From a virus, in the IMG/VR virus record IMGVR_UViG_3300021959_000011, positions 64,001 through 128,000 of that record: a stretch of 64,000 nucleotides of DNA; one strand, written 5' to 3'. The position numbers and the translations under genes are program-made. Position 1 is the first letter of the stretch. Every line of letters starts with the position of its first letter. The notes beneath the pieces are model-generated. The model did not search any database and had not been told where the DNA came from. It saw only the letters and a list, made by a program, of their open reading frames with translations. Shown here piece after piece: positions 27,032-38,390 of the stretch.

Positions 27032-28156
27032 TTATTTTGTTTCAAATACTCCATTATATTGATTATTAACTAACACAAAAGTTGTACATTTCGAAAGTTG
27101 TTTAAGACTCCCTGCACCCACGTAAGTACAAGTACTTCTAATGCCCCCTAGAATATCTTGGATTGTCTTTGCCACCTCTCCACGATATGGTACTAAGACT
27201 TCTCTACCTTCAGACGAACGATATTCTTTAAGTCCACCAAAGTGTTTATCATTTGCAGCCTTACTGCTCATACCATAGAACTGCACAAACTGTTTTTCTT
27301 CTATTGCCGAAACGTGATCTCCATTATCATGTATATCAACTTCATCTGATTTGTAATATTTCTTTATTACTTCACCACCACCTTCATCGTGTCCGGCAAG
27401 CATACCACCCAACATTACAAAGTCAGCACCACCAGCGAATGCCTTCGCTACATCACCAGAGCATGTACACCCACCATCAGCAATGATATGCCCACCAAGA
27501 CCATGGGCAGCATCAGCGCATTCAATAACTGCCGAGAGTTGGGGATAACCGACTCCAGTTTTGATACGAGTAGTACAAACACTGCCAGGCCCAATACCCA
27601 CTTTAACAATATCGGCTCCATTTAAAATTAACTCCTGTGTTTGATCTGCAGTAACAACATTCCCTGCAATGATTACAATATTAGGATACAACATTCTAAA
27701 CTGTTTTATAAAGTCTACAAACCGTTCTGTATATCCATTTGCAACATCAATACAAACATATTTTAGATTATATCCAACTTGTTCGTAGACCATGCGAAAC
27801 TTATCATGATCCGCATCAGAAATACCAATAGACATTGCAACATATTCTCTGCGCTCAAGATATTCTTCTGTATCGAAATAATCCACTAGTTGATTTACTG
27901 TGTAGGTTTTGACTAAACAGGTCATAATCTGACCTGTTGCAAGCATATCAGCCATTTCAAATGTACCGACACCATCCATATTTGCAGCAATGATAGGTAC
28001 ACCAGAAAAATCTGAATCACATATATCATCGAAATTATAGTTTACAAATTGGTATTCTCTATTCAGAGATACGCACTTGCGACTTGACAGTGTAGAACGT
28101 TTCGGACGAATTAATACGTCACTATAATCTAATTTGGTTTCCTGTTCGATTCTCAT
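27032..28156 (-). CDS. guaC: GMP reductase
   Basis: [74 protein letters not shown]. Confidence 0.97.
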   Translation of the reverse strand: MRIEQETKLDYSDVLIRPKRSTLSSRKCVSLNREYQFVNYNFDDICDSDFSGVPIIAANMDGVGTFEMADMLATGQIMTCLVKTYTVNQLVDYFDTEEYLERREYVAMSIGISDADHDKFRMVYEQVGYNLKYVCIDVANGYTERFVDFIKQFRMLYPNIVIIAGNVVTADQTQELILNGADIVKVGIGPGSVCTTRIKTGVGYPQLSAVIECADAAHGLGGHIIADGGCTCSGDVAKAFAGGADFVMLGGMLAGHDEGGGEVIKKYYKSDEVDIHDNGDHVSAIEEKQFVQFYGMSSKAANDKHFGGLKEYRSSEGREVLVPYRGEVAKTIQDILGGIRSTCTYVGAGSLKQLSKCTTFVLVNNQYNGVFETK

Positions 28157-28455
28157 TAGATACGTTCCGACTCATTGCCTTCAAAGTTAAATGAAATTTG
28201 AGATTCATCTATTGAAACTGATTCAGATGGATGATAATGCCAATCATCTGGATTATATGCATATGAATGTGAAATTGATGTTGGATCTTCAATTGTCGGT
28301 TCTTCATAGATAATGGAACCTTCTTCAACCCAAGTAAATCCACTTGCATAAAGAAATGCCTGAAATCTTTCTAGTATTTCATTCATATCTGCATGTTCGT
28401 TTGAAACACTGACTGAAACATCACCGTCATCATCATATTTTGTAAAAGTATACAT
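28156..28455 (-). CDS. hypothetical protein
   Basis: [15 protein letters not shown]; SD AAGGAG; upstream TTGACA promoter. Confidence 0.65.
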   Translation of the reverse strand: MYTFTKYDDDGDVSVSVSNEHADMNEILERFQAFLYASGFTWVEEGSIIYEEPTIEDPTSISHSYAYNPDDWHYHPSESVSIDESQISFNFEGNESERI

Positions 28456-28524
28456 AAGTTCTCCTTTGAGTAATTACACATTTAAGAACTAATATACTAC
28501 ATATGATTGTTTATGTCAATAGAT

Positions 28525-28950
28525 TTATTTCCAACGACCAATATTTTTCCAACATTCATCTACCAACATTGAATAGTGTGGATTTAATTGATAGAGTAAA
28601 CTACAAACGCCATATAAACACCAACATCCACCAAGATTATTCAGAAAGTGACCAATCTTTATAAGCCTTGGTTTGTAATGTTGATATGCAATTGTTGCGT
28701 CTTGCATATTGGAGAAACTTTTTTGTTCTATTTGGTGTAAGATATTTACAATAGTAAGATATGAATCAGTGATTTCATATTCATCAGTAAATTCGGTAGG
28801 TTTATCTTTAAAGAAAGTAACAGTTACAATCCAATGTGTAGTAACACCACCTGTTTCTTTTTCTTTTATTTTACGTAATACTTCTACGTCTGGAGTTTCT
28901 TGCAATTCCAATTGCGAATCATTCATAATCTTTTCTAGGTCAAATTGCAT
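28525..28950 (-). CDS. hypothetical protein
   Basis: TAATG-coupled to the upstream structural gene. Confidence 0.6.
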   Translation of the reverse strand: MQFDLEKIMNDSQLELQETPDVEVLRKIKEKETGGVTTHWIVTVTFFKDKPTEFTDEYEITDSYLTIVNILHQIEQKSFSNMQDATIAYQHYKPRLIKIGHFLNNLGGCWCLYGVCSLLYQLNPHYSMLVDECWKNIGRWK

Positions 28951-30254
28951 TAATCGCCAACTCTGAGTAATTTAATAGATTGTGTTGTGGTTGTAGAACC
29001 CCCCAACGTAAACTCAATATTCCAATTCCCACCACGGACGGAAAAGATTTGAGAATTTGGATTTGTAAATTCTGTATAATCAAATGTATGAGAAGTTGTA
29101 AAAGTTTCATTTACAGTAGTTGCCCCAGAACGAAAACCAAAATCAACACTGTTTACTTGCAGCTGAGTGTTTGCAACGTTAGGACTAATCTTAAACGTCA
29201 TACTCGCAATCAGGTCATCCGATGTACCAGTTTCGTTCATATTATCTGGCATCATAGTCCACTGGCCCGGCGCCAATCCACCAGTATATGAATATGTTGA
29301 CCCATGAGAAATTCGAAAGACAACCCACTGTTTAATAAATGTGTGTGGAGCGGGTGCAATCCATGCATAGTCTGTACCAGACCAACTTAAAATATTTCCT
29401 GCCGTCACACTACTATTATTTAAATGTGTATCTACAGCACTATCCGAATAAACATTATTATCTACATAGGTTGTTGTTGCATATGCAGATAAATCAATAT
29501 TACCAACTGCAGTACTCACGTAAGACTTTGATGCATAATCTTCAGCCTCCAATGCAGTCTGAGTCACATATCCAGAAAAATCAATATTTGAAATTGCATT
29601 TGTTACATATGTCTCAGACGCAAGGCCTGTGATATCTGGAATTGTTGGTTTGTTGGTCAGATCATCATAGTCTCCACTAAACACGTCTGGAAGATTATCA
29701 ATCTGTGTTTGTAATCCAGCAAGAGATGTGGTCATCGTTCCTGCAAAATCTGCATCATCTCCAAGTGAAGCTGCAATCTCATTCAGTGTGTTTAGTGTAT
29801 CTGGTGCAGAGTCCATCAAATCCGCAATTGCAACATCCAAATCAGTAACTGTCACAAAACCACCACCAGTTGTTGGTTGTTCAACAAATGAGTTACCGGC
29901 TGCATTATATCGCAAATAAGACCCATCCGAAAAGTAACCACTTGCAGGCTCTGCAACATCAATAAGTTGTTTAATAGAAAGTGACACGTCACCGGCTCCT
30001 AAGTCAATTGTGATTGGTACGTAAATTGTATCGATACCATATTCAGTTTTTAATTCTGTTCGTTGAATTCCAACATCTACTAGATTTGCCGCAAAACGAA
30101 TAAAAGAATTATGTTTTAAAAAGTTTCCATACGTTTGTTGAGTCACTCTATGAACAATTACAGTAGGTAGGATCAAATAACCACCAATCCCAAGATCAGT
30201 AACATTTCCATTCTCATCCGTTTCTACGTAACTATATTGACTGTCTCTGGCCAT
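28950..30254 (-). CDS. virion fibre-like structural protein
   Basis: DSAPDTLNTLNEIAASLGDDADFA, FSGDYDDLTNKPTIP, A.E.YV repeats; late promoter at 30272-30279. Confidence 0.8.
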   Translation of the reverse strand: MARDSQYSYVETDENGNVTDLGIGGYLILPTVIVHRVTQQTYGNFLKHNSFIRFAANLVDVGIQRTELKTEYGIDTIYVPITIDLGAGDVSLSIKQLIDVAEPASGYFSDGSYLRYNAAGNSFVEQPTTGGGFVTVTDLDVAIADLMDSAPDTLNTLNEIAASLGDDADFAGTMTTSLAGLQTQIDNLPDVFSGDYDDLTNKPTIPDITGLASETYVTNAISNIDFSGYVTQTALEAEDYASKSYVSTAVGNIDLSAYATTTYVDNNVYSDSAVDTHLNNSSVTAGNILSWSGTDYAWIAPAPHTFIKQWVVFRISHGSTYSYTGGLAPGQWTMMPDNMNETGTSDDLIASMTFKISPNVANTQLQVNSVDFGFRSGATTVNETFTTSHTFDYTEFTNPNSQIFSVRGGNWNIEFTLGGSTTTTQSIKLLRVGD

Positions 30255-30726
30255 AGATAACCCCTTTCTTTTATTTATAAATCTATCCCGAAGGGATTCC
30301 GCGCTGAACGCATATGTCGGAAAAAGAAGGAATCATCGACACAACTGACTGACATGTAGATATGATGTACATACCATATCAAAAGAATGCTTGACAATAC
30401 GCCTCAAATCAGATAGATTATAAGAGTAATAAGAAAGGTGATTCGAAATGATTCAATATCTACCAAAAAAACTTCAATATGCAGCCGGTTATTCAGTCTC
30501 AGTGATATCCAGAGTGACAGCGATGTTAACATCTTCAGCATCGATAACAACTGTTTCGTTTATTCTGAACGTTGCATTTCTTGTTTCAATTCTTCTTCTA
30601 CTGAAAGGTTAAATCATGTACATTGTAAAATATACACTCTATCGCAAATACCACCACGAAAAAACTTTTGATGACTACGAGTCTGCAAGAGGTTTCTTCT
30701 ATGGCATCTCTCGCAAATGCCGTGGT

Positions 30727-30951
30727 TCAAAATGCACGAAGGCAGAACTCATCTGCCTTTAATTTTTTCTTCCATGCAATTTCAAAACCTTCTTCATAAT
30801 CAGACAGGGGAGCTCCATTGCTTCCATCAATCCATAATCTTTTAAAATATCCATTATAACAATCTAATGCAGTCTGATCACTTTCTGCGATATGTCCTTT
30901 GACAATCCAGAATATTCTATATGCTTCCTTTAAATCAGTTATGCAAATCAC
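30727..30951 (-). CDS. hypothetical protein
   Basis: ORF in a small-gene run. Confidence 0.55.
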   Translation of the reverse strand: MICITDLKEAYRIFWIVKGHIAESDQTALDCYNGYFKRLWIDGSNGAPLSDYEEGFEIAWKKKLKADEFCLRAF

Positions 30952-31119
30952 TATCTCTACCTAACCCCTTGACTCTCACAATTGTTCGCGGAAGAATTTC
31001 ACAATTCTCTCCGCGATTTTCTATAGCGATAGTTTCATAACAATCTTCGTAGGAAGGCAACCCTTCATGGATACACTCTCCATGAAGGTAAATATCAAAA
31101 ACTACAGAATTTTTTTGAA

Positions 31120-31365
31120 TTATTTTTTGCAATCACACCCACCAGATGAACACTCACACTTTCTCATAAAAAAATGTATGACTGCCATGGAGAACCACAT
31201 CCAAGTCATTTCTCCAATACCAAAAATATCTGCGCTATGTGGATGATGTATATTCTCCATATGGCCATGTGACATATCACAATAAAGGAAATATGATCCT
31301 AGAGCGCCCAAGATGAGAGCCGCTTGTGCATTTGTAATTCGGAAATTTTTCATTCGTTTTAACAT
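31120..31365 (-). CDS. small His/Cys-rich membrane protein
   Basis: Two hydrophobic segments, HGH...HHPH, GEMTWMWF.MA..H, CECSSGGCDC. Confidence 0.55.
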   Translation of the reverse strand: MLKRMKNFRITNAQAALILGALGSYFLYCDMSHGHMENIHHPHSADIFGIGEMTWMWFSMAVIHFFMRKCECSSGGCDCKK

Positions 31366-31559
31366 TCGATATCCTTTCTAGATATTTCGATATTATTTAG
31401 GTTTCGGATATATTTTCTGGCAAAAAAAAAATTTTTCGAAAGTGTTTCTGAGGCGATTGAAGAACTTCTAGGGCCACTCTATAGACCGACCTAACCGAAA
31501 ATATGGAACCAACTTAATAAAGTCTTCACCAGTTTTGGGGGAGGGGGTCTTGAAGGATC

Positions 31560-31771
31560 AAAAAAAGGTCACAGTGGAATGAATGAGCAAACCAGAGCGA
31601 CCTTTTAGATACGAAGGTAAAGGAGAAAATCCTTCGTTGTTATATGGGAGGCCCTATACCTGTCGCTGGTTAATGCAGGCATTTACTCCTCGACTATGAT
31701 CGACCTCCAACCATAATCCAGCCAATTTTTATTATAAGGTGATAGAGATAAATTGGCGAAACTCTCTATCA
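31560..31771 (-). ncRNA. candidate structured RNA trailer 3' of tRNA-Arg
   Basis: Pseudoknot, three-way junction, anti-SD-loop hairpin and U-tailed hairpin in series; no ORF. Confidence 0.5.
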
Positions 31772-31776
31772 TATCT

Positions 31777-31853
31777 TGGCGACCTCTATAGGACTCGAAC
31801 CTATAACCTACGGCTTAGAAGGCCGTTGCTCTATCCAGTTGAGCTAAGAGGCC
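31777..31853 (-). tRNA. tRNA-Arg(TCT)
   Basis: ACGGC-CTTCTAA-GCCGT, GGTTCGAGTCC, CCA. Confidence 0.96.
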
Positions 31854-31858
31854 TTATC

Positions 31859-32239
31859 TTATACTTGTTGATAAGGTTTGTTCCAATCCCCAACTGAGAT
31901 ATCCATGTAATATGCAGTGTCGAAATAATCAATCATGGCATCAGAGTTATCATACCAACCACGACCCACACCTTTTACCAAAGGCGCAGTTTTCACAATC
32001 TCAACAACTTTATCGAAGAAACTTGCATGGTCTCCATAATTGTGAGTATGATATTGGTTGATTTGACAATAACCTTCATCACCACGAAAATGTTCAGAGA
32101 AATCTGTAGGACCAGACTTGATGGTAACACCTACAGAGTGACCACCAGATGACTTTCGAACACTCCATTTAAATTTTGGAAATGTTTCTTTGAGCATCTC
32201 ACGAATCGATTTCACTTCATTTGCACTAATATAAGCCAT
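31859..32239 (-). CDS. LPD29-like early protein
   Basis: IR..LK..FPKFKWSVR...HSV.V.I.SGP, D.SD.M.DYF...YY. Confidence 0.7.
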   Translation of the reverse strand: MAYISANEVKSIREMLKETFPKFKWSVRKSSGGHSVGVTIKSGPTDFSEHFRGDEGYCQINQYHTHNYGDHASFFDKVVEIVKTAPLVKGVGRGWYDNSDAMIDYFDTAYYMDISVGDWNKPYQQV

Positions 32240-32250
32240 TACTGATTCCT

Positions 32251-32301
32251 TTTCTCTCTTGATTACATATACATTATAGGATATTCACAGAGGAATGTCA
32301 A
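32251..32301 (-). promoter_or_regulatory. consensus early promoter with conserved leader
   Basis: TTGACA-17-TATAAT then GTATATGTAATCAAGAGAGAAA; 29 bp identical to 34397-34425. Confidence 0.85.
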
Positions 32302-32500
32302 GCGGATTCTGAAAATAAATTCGGAAATTCCTCGAATAATTCTGTACCATCACGTAACACCATCTTACCTCCAGATGTTTGTATGGTGGCTTGTAGATCG
32401 GTTCCGTACTTACAACGAACGTCAATGATCTCTCCAAGTCCTGGCACCATTACACCAGTACATCCAGAACCCCATAGATTGTTCATAAATTCATTCAACA

Positions 32501-32815
32501 TTATTCAAACTCCCGAAGTAAACGCATCATATCTTCATCTTTAAATGTACCATGTGTACACCACTGACGAAAGGCAACACAGGCATGTCCAGTTTCAATA
32601 CAAGGCTGTGTGATAATCTCTATCTGTTCACCTTTTTTGTTCTCAATAAACTTTGATACACAAGTCTGAGCAAGAGGACAATTCAAACATGGTTCCTCTC
32701 GTTCGTTCGTAGGACCAAGATTGACTTCAAGCTCTTCTGAATTCCAACCTTTATATCCTCGTCCATTTAAAGACTCAGCATCTGTCCAAATCATTTCACT
32801 CATATTTCGAATCAC
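32501..32815 (-). CDS. Cys-rich hypothetical protein
   Basis: PC..CP..C...C...C..F..W. Confidence 0.55.
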   Translation of the reverse strand: MIRNMSEMIWTDAESLNGRGYKGWNSEELEVNLGPTNEREEPCLNCPLAQTCVSKFIENKKGEQIEIITQPCIETGHACVAFRQWCTHGTFKDEDMMRLLREFE

Positions 32816-33068
32816 CTCTATCAGTTCATGTATATCTTAACAAGCCTCTAAGGAATTGTCAAGCATTATCTAAGAATATCTAAGAATCTTCCAAATCATT
32901 ATCAACCCTCAACACCGACCATAATACCCCATGTCAAGGTATTTGTCAAGCGTTATTTGCGTTTTTTTAAAGTTTTTTTCTGCGAATCATGGCGGCTCCT
33001 CCGAATCACTTCGGCGAATCACCCTGCGGCATTAATTTAACACTCAAAATTTGTTTTCTGCAGCGGAT

Positions 33069-33115
33069 TCCCAAACTTTCCCACATTATCCCATATAATT
33101 CCACTACCATTTCCA
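33069..33115. repeat. 10-bp-phased TCCCA/TTCCA repeats in a non-coding region
   Basis: TCCCA at 33069, 33079, 33089; TTCCA at 33099 and 33111. Confidence 0.6.
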
Positions 33116-33131
33116 TTGGAAATTAGAGTAT

Positions 33132-33437
33132 TTATAAACGTTTTTTAGGTGGTTTTGGACTTTGATACCCTGGCAGATACTTTCTACCCTCTACACCAAG
33201 TGGATCATAATTATGAAAGTGTTGACCCCTATTGCGTAGAGTATTCCAACTTGTCTCTATATCGGCCTTCTTCTCCATAAACTCTTTCACCGTCATATCA
33301 TATTGTTTAAAATATTTCTTATAATATTTGTATTCTTCCCATAGGCTACGACCTAATATCTTCTTCATATCTTTCTGATATGTTCGACGTTCAAGTTTAC
33401 CGTCTGCATTAATCTGCATGTTACCAATGATTCGCAT
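33132..33437 (-). CDS. hypothetical basic protein
   Basis: ORF overlapping the upstream gene. Confidence 0.55.
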   Translation of the reverse strand: MRIIGNMQINADGKLERRTYQKDMKKILGRSLWEEYKYYKKYFKQYDMTVKEFMEKKADIETSWNTLRNRGQHFHNYDPLGVEGRKYLPGYQSPKPPKKRL

Positions 33438-33738
33438 TTGAATAATACTTTCTATATAACTCCGATATCTTATCTAACTCTGGATGTTTGTGTATCCATT
33501 GTCCTGTAGATGCATCAAAATGTTTTCTAAAAAAATTATCTATTTTCTTATTACCTGTACTCTTTAATACATCTACTAACTTACATTGTTCATCGAAATC
33601 CGCATCGGACATAATACTATCATTCTTTACCTCATATGCATATGCGGCTACTGATAGTTTAATTCTTCTACGGATTTCTTCGTTTATCACACTAGGAGAC
33701 CTTTTAAGAAGGCTTTTCCTTCTGATGTGATTGACCAA
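33421..33738 (-). CDS. stand-alone NAD-ligase domain-Ia-like protein
   Basis: AAYAYEVKNDSIMSDADFD resembles the LigA Ia motif YY..D.P.ISD.EYD. Confidence 0.6.
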   Translation of the reverse strand: MVNHIRRKSLLKRSPSVINEEIRRRIKLSVAAYAYEVKNDSIMSDADFDEQCKLVDVLKSTGNKKIDNFFRKHFDASTGQWIHKHPELDKISELYRKYYSNANHW

Positions 33739-34396
33739 TATGCTTGATCGGGATGATTTTGTCTTGCATATGCCTCGTTTGAATCCATATTCAAATCCAT
33801 GACTGTATGTTCAAGATAACCTTGCTTTTTCAGCCATCCTTGATCACTTCGAAGGACAGGCAGTCGTACCATTTCTTCTTTTGTGAATGTATGTTCATCA
33901 ACGAAAACATGGTACAGATTAGATGTTCGAATTGGACTATGTTTGTTATATGTTTTCATTAATTTGGTGACTTGTGATTTCTTTATTGGATTGATTGCCA
34001 TTAGTGTAGTACCTCCTCTGTAACTATGATACGGCGTCCAAGGTTGTGCATCATGCATTCTTCGGTGTATGTTTTCATCGCACCGTCATCATACATGACA
34101 GTAATCAAAACGGTTTCATCGGCGTCTTCGTGGATTGAAGTGATTTCACCTTGTGCAACATAGTCACGATAGCGGCGTATCACACCCATTCCTGTTTCAA
34201 ACAATTCTGACATATTAAAGATCTCCTTCATTGGCTTCTACGAAATTGGTGGCGATTGCGACTTCCATCATGAAAGTCTCTTGCGACATCTCAGACAAAT
34301 CTAAGTGACAAATGGCAGCATAGATACGTGATGCATAGTCTTGTGAACACAACAACAGGTCTTTGATTTGATTTTCGTAGTACATTTTCGAATCAC

Positions 34397-34447
34397 TTTC
34401 TCTCTTGATTACATATACATTATAGTATAACCGTATATGACTGTCAA
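34397..34447 (-). promoter_or_regulatory. consensus early promoter with conserved leader
   Basis: TTGACA-17-TATAAT, leader identical to the 32251 copy, followed by GTGATTCG. Confidence 0.85.
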
Positions 34448-34630
34448 GCCTTTTCGGAAAGTTTTTTCCACACAGATCCCCACATCACTACGGGCGATTT
34501 GTATTTCTTTCGATTTGAACGGCGAAACATCTTACGATAAGGCACAAACATCAACTGTGGTTTCTTTGTTTCCTCATAGAGAGGCCCACTAGTGATTGGT
34601 TTGTATCTTGTCGTGATTGCCATTTTCTTC

Positions 34631-35233
34631 CTATCGTGGAGCTGCTTTGATTGAGTCTACCACATCAATGATGTAGCAACTATACTCATCACTGAGAGTT
34701 TCCCATACATTGTCATTGAAGAATTCTTCGGATTCCTCATCTAACCACGCCTCTTCATCAAAACTATACCTGTCTTTGAGGTCATCATGAACTTGTTGAC
34801 ACCTCTCAATGATTTCTTCATATTCATCTTGACAGCCATCTACAACTTCTTCTCCCTCGTAGATAGAATATCCAGCAAAGTTGAGTCCTTCATCTTCATA
34901 TGTGATCGATGTGATATCTTTTGCACCAGCAATCTCAGTCAGCAACTTTTCTAGCCCGCGCTCAGGGGCATCCCATGCGGAGTAACCATAGAACCCATCA
35001 TCGTCATACTCTTGTATGTAGCACCACTTAGGCCCTATCTCTGATGTTGTCCAACTGTATTGCCTTACATCATCAAGACTGAGATCTTCATTTGTAAACA
35101 GATCACCAAACCAATATTCACCATCAGATGATTCATCGTTGTGTAGTTTTTGAGTAATCTGTCGCCATTTCTCTTTCATCAATGTAGAATTGTCTTCATC
35201 GAATTGTACAGAAAAACTTACATGATTAGCCAT
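34631..35233 (-). CDS. acidic hypothetical protein (DUF1281-like)
   Basis: W....IGPKWC, SAWDAP, YEDEG.NFAG. Confidence 0.55.
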   Translation of the reverse strand: MANHVSFSVQFDEDNSTLMKEKWRQITQKLHNDESSDGEYWFGDLFTNEDLSLDDVRQYSWTTSEIGPKWCYIQEYDDDGFYGYSAWDAPERGLEKLLTEIAGAKDITSITYEDEGLNFAGYSIYEGEEVVDGCQDEYEEIIERCQQVHDDLKDRYSFDEEAWLDEESEEFFNDNVWETLSDEYSCYIIDVVDSIKAAPR

Positions 35234-35467
35234 TTTCTTCCTCCCAAGTTTCACTTTCCCACCAGTTTATCAAATTGGAATATCCAATAGATAGTAATCC
35301 GTCATATCCATCACGGAAATTTTCAAGTTCTTTGATTTCTTCTTCTGTAAAATCAGTAATCTCATCGTGTCCAAAGAATTCAAAAACCTGTTCGTGTACG
35401 AGATCGGATATTTGTTGTTCAATCCAATCCTCAGATTTGTGCATTCTTGGAAAATCATATTCTTCAC

Positions 35468-35905
35468 TCATTTTTTTGTGACCTTTCTATCTTCACTTTT
35501 TAAAACTACATTCGATATGTCTACATCAATGCCTTTGATCTCTTTAATTAAATATGCCGTAAACCCTAAATCGATATGCGGCTGTTTATCTCCATAATTT
35601 GCAGACTCAAAACAGTTATACTCTGCACACACTTTTGGTCTGTTTTGCCAAATAGTACACTGTCTATCTTCAAGATTACCACATGCAACGTGATATCCAT
35701 CCCAATCTTCTACTAACTTGATTGGAATTTCTTCGTCATATTTTAGTTTAATCTTATCAGGAGTATTCTCATCAAAATGTTGTAGCCAGTCCTCTTTCAC
35801 TCTATAGAAAAAACAACAACGGCCACAATGTGTGCAAATTTCACTATCAACTAACTCTGATGGCAAATTGTTGATCTTTTCTCCATAATATAATTCACTC
35901 ATCAA
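35468..35905 (-). CDS. YkgJ-family cysteine-cluster protein
   Basis: CTHCGRCC...C..L....C.I...RP.VC..Y.C. Confidence 0.85.
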   Translation of the reverse strand: MMSELYYGEKINNLPSELVDSEICTHCGRCCFFYRVKEDWLQHFDENTPDKIKLKYDEEIPIKLVEDWDGYHVACGNLEDRQCTIWQNRPKVCAEYNCFESANYGDKQPHIDLGFTAYLIKEIKGIDVDISNVVLKSEDRKVTKK

Positions 35906-36378
35906 TCACTTTGCCTTTCTTTCTAAATCGTTTGTTGTATCTGCGTTTGATCTTTTTTATCTGACCTTTACTCCAATGCACATATTTTCGAGCCTTTGTC
36001 AGAGCATCATATTCATCGCCACCCTTAAATGGTATTCGTTTCATCGACGTTTTCCCGTCATTGGGTCTTGTACTTCTTGTTTCGACAAGACTTGATATGC
36101 ACCTTTGTTATATGCAGGACCTATCACATAATCTGATGTTACCTCGTGCCGAGCCTTTCTTGGAGCAACAGTAGGTATTACATCAGATGTAGGTAATGAT
36201 GGTCTATCTGATTTCAGATTTGGTAATGCATGTTTATAATTTGACTTACCAGTGACACCCATTTTCTTGAGAAACTTTTCATGACGTATCTGGGCCTCTC
36301 TATCCTTTGCAGTGAGACCTTTCTGTTTACGTTTCTTTGTGTTCGTAGTGGTGTAATACACTGGCGTCAAATGCATAC

Positions 36379-36882
36379 TCATGAATAGATGACTCCCTCC
36401 GACAATGGAATTTCTTTCACTTGATCCCAAACCTTTTTCATTTTAAAAAACTTATCGATTGTAGGAATGTGTTCGAATACTGATTTCTCCAGACACATAC
36501 ACTTATTCTGTGATTTGTTCAGATATACCATAAAGAATGGTCGATCGGCAAAGAATTTTTCTTTCCTACCAAGAAAATGAATGTGTTTGTAGTATGATGG
36601 CCATGTTTCATCCCATTGCGACCATCTTTCCAACTCTACATCTGCAACAACTTTACCATTTTCATTCAATATAGACATGTCCACTTTGTATGGACCAAAG
36701 TGTTTATCCACAAATCGATAGTTTGCAGTACCATCTGGTAAAAATTTACGAAGGTAATCTTTTAAGTCTTCGTTTGACCTTACAATGCGTTTAAATGCCG
36801 CTGCATCTAACTCGTCATCATATGAATCTTTTCGGTTGGAATAACTACCCCATCGAGCCTTGTCTGCATTAGTTACTTGCAT
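36379..36882 (-). CDS. possible restriction-endonuclease-fold protein
   Basis: Y.VD......VELE pattern only; weak. Confidence 0.4.
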   Translation of the reverse strand: MQVTNADKARWGSYSNRKDSYDDELDAAAFKRIVRSNEDLKDYLRKFLPDGTANYRFVDKHFGPYKVDMSILNENGKVVADVELERWSQWDETWPSYYKHIHFLGRKEKFFADRPFFMVYLNKSQNKCMCLEKSVFEHIPTIDKFFKMKKVWDQVKEIPLSEGVIYS

Positions 36883-38135
36883 CTACTTTCCCTTCTGAAA
36901 TAAAATATAGTTTTTTCATAATACTTTCTACATCAGGTTCTGTCATGTATGGCATTACATCATCATCACCAGACATAATGCCAGGCAATCTCACAAATTT
37001 ATCTGTCTCTGCATCTATCACTGCAATTTCATACATTCCAGTTTTACCGAAATGTATTACTGACAAGATATATTGACCAAATGTCATTCTTGCTCTGGAC
37101 ATGACCTTTGCTGTATCTCCAAGCACATTGGCAAGTTCTTGTTGTTCTTGATCAACCATGAAAGTCAAATCATCAAAGTTCAACATCATCATCCCTCACT
37201 ATAAAGGTTACTTTTACTAAATTTTCTTTAGGTGCCTTCTTGATATAAAATTCAAGACCAGACTTTGCAAGAATTTGTCTCAATTGAGATAAGGTAGGAT
37301 CGTTTGACCTAACTATTGCTGAGTTCATCAGAAAGATCCCTCTGCATATTCTGTTCCATATAATTTGCAACAGTTTTATAGTTATCGGCCATAAGAGATA
37401 GTTCAGTTAAGATATCATTTCGGTCTTTACCGAAATTCTCACTACGCCTAATGAGACCTTCTAACTGTTTTGCGAATTCCCAATATTCTAGCATGAATCA
37501 CTCCTTACATTATGTACTACCATAGTACCAGAAAATTTAGGTTATGTCAATGAATTTTTTTATATTAATTGAACCAATGTGTACAATCGTCACATGGATC
37601 ATCCCACTTGTGCGGAATTTCGTCCAATTAGTCTCCCTTGTTATTCTTCTTCGCGCATTTTACGCAGCATGTAATCGTAGTATCCTTCACGGACACCACA
37701 CACATCTTCGCGAAATTTGTATGCATCATCAGAATTTTCAAATGAATAACTATTTATATCCCAATCAGTTTGTCTAGATAATTTCCATTGCCATGATTCA
37801 AGATTCTCTTTACACCATGCCTCGGCTTTGTTACGTAGACCATCTTCAACATTTACTTTTGTGCCGGGCAACCACTTTGCCCTGTATTGTGCAATATCTA
37901 ACGGTTTCATGTCGTATTAATCCCTATCTCCTCTAGTAGTTCCTTTGCTATGAATGTTTGGTTTTCCATCTTTTCAATCTCTACATCAATTACTGATAAC
38001 TTTAACATTTCACAAAGAGTCTCTACTTTTTGTTTCTGTTTTGTTGGTAAACAATGTTTCCATAACTCCAATTCTTCTTGACTATCCATCACCCACATTA
38101 TATCTAATAATGCACATGACTCAGGGTCGAGCCCA

Positions 38136-38390
38136 TCAATTGAGAGTTTTATTGGATCTTGCATTCACTGTCTCCTCGAATTCTTGATATCCACCTACAT
38201 GACTGCCATCCACTAAGATTTGTGGTACAGTCCTAACATCGGGAAAGATTTTAATAAACTCATCCCTAATATTCACATCTTCTAATTTTTTGTATGTTAC
38301 ATCATAATGCATGTTTGATGCGAGAGTCAATGCTTTTTCACACCAAATACAATTTTCTTTTCCGTAAATGATTACTTTGTTAATCGCCAT
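38136..38390 (-). CDS. glutaredoxin
   Basis: IYGKENCIWC, RTVPQI.VDG.HVGGY. Confidence 0.92.
   Translation of the reverse strand: MAINKVIIYGKENCIWCEKALTLASNMHYDVTYKKLEDVNIRDEFIKIFPDVRTVPQILVDGSHVGGYQEFEETVNARSNKTLN

Noticed and set aside
30290-30385. Hairpins between divergent promoters as an ncRNA
   Set aside because: Only short stems (GATTCC/GGAATC, GATATG/CATATC); not distinguishable from operator sites or chance.
31640-31771. Known self-cleaving ribozyme (hammerhead or HDV-like) after tRNA-Arg
   Set aside because: No CUGAUGA/GAAA core, and a nested double pseudoknot could not be built by eye; kept only as an unassigned structured RNA.
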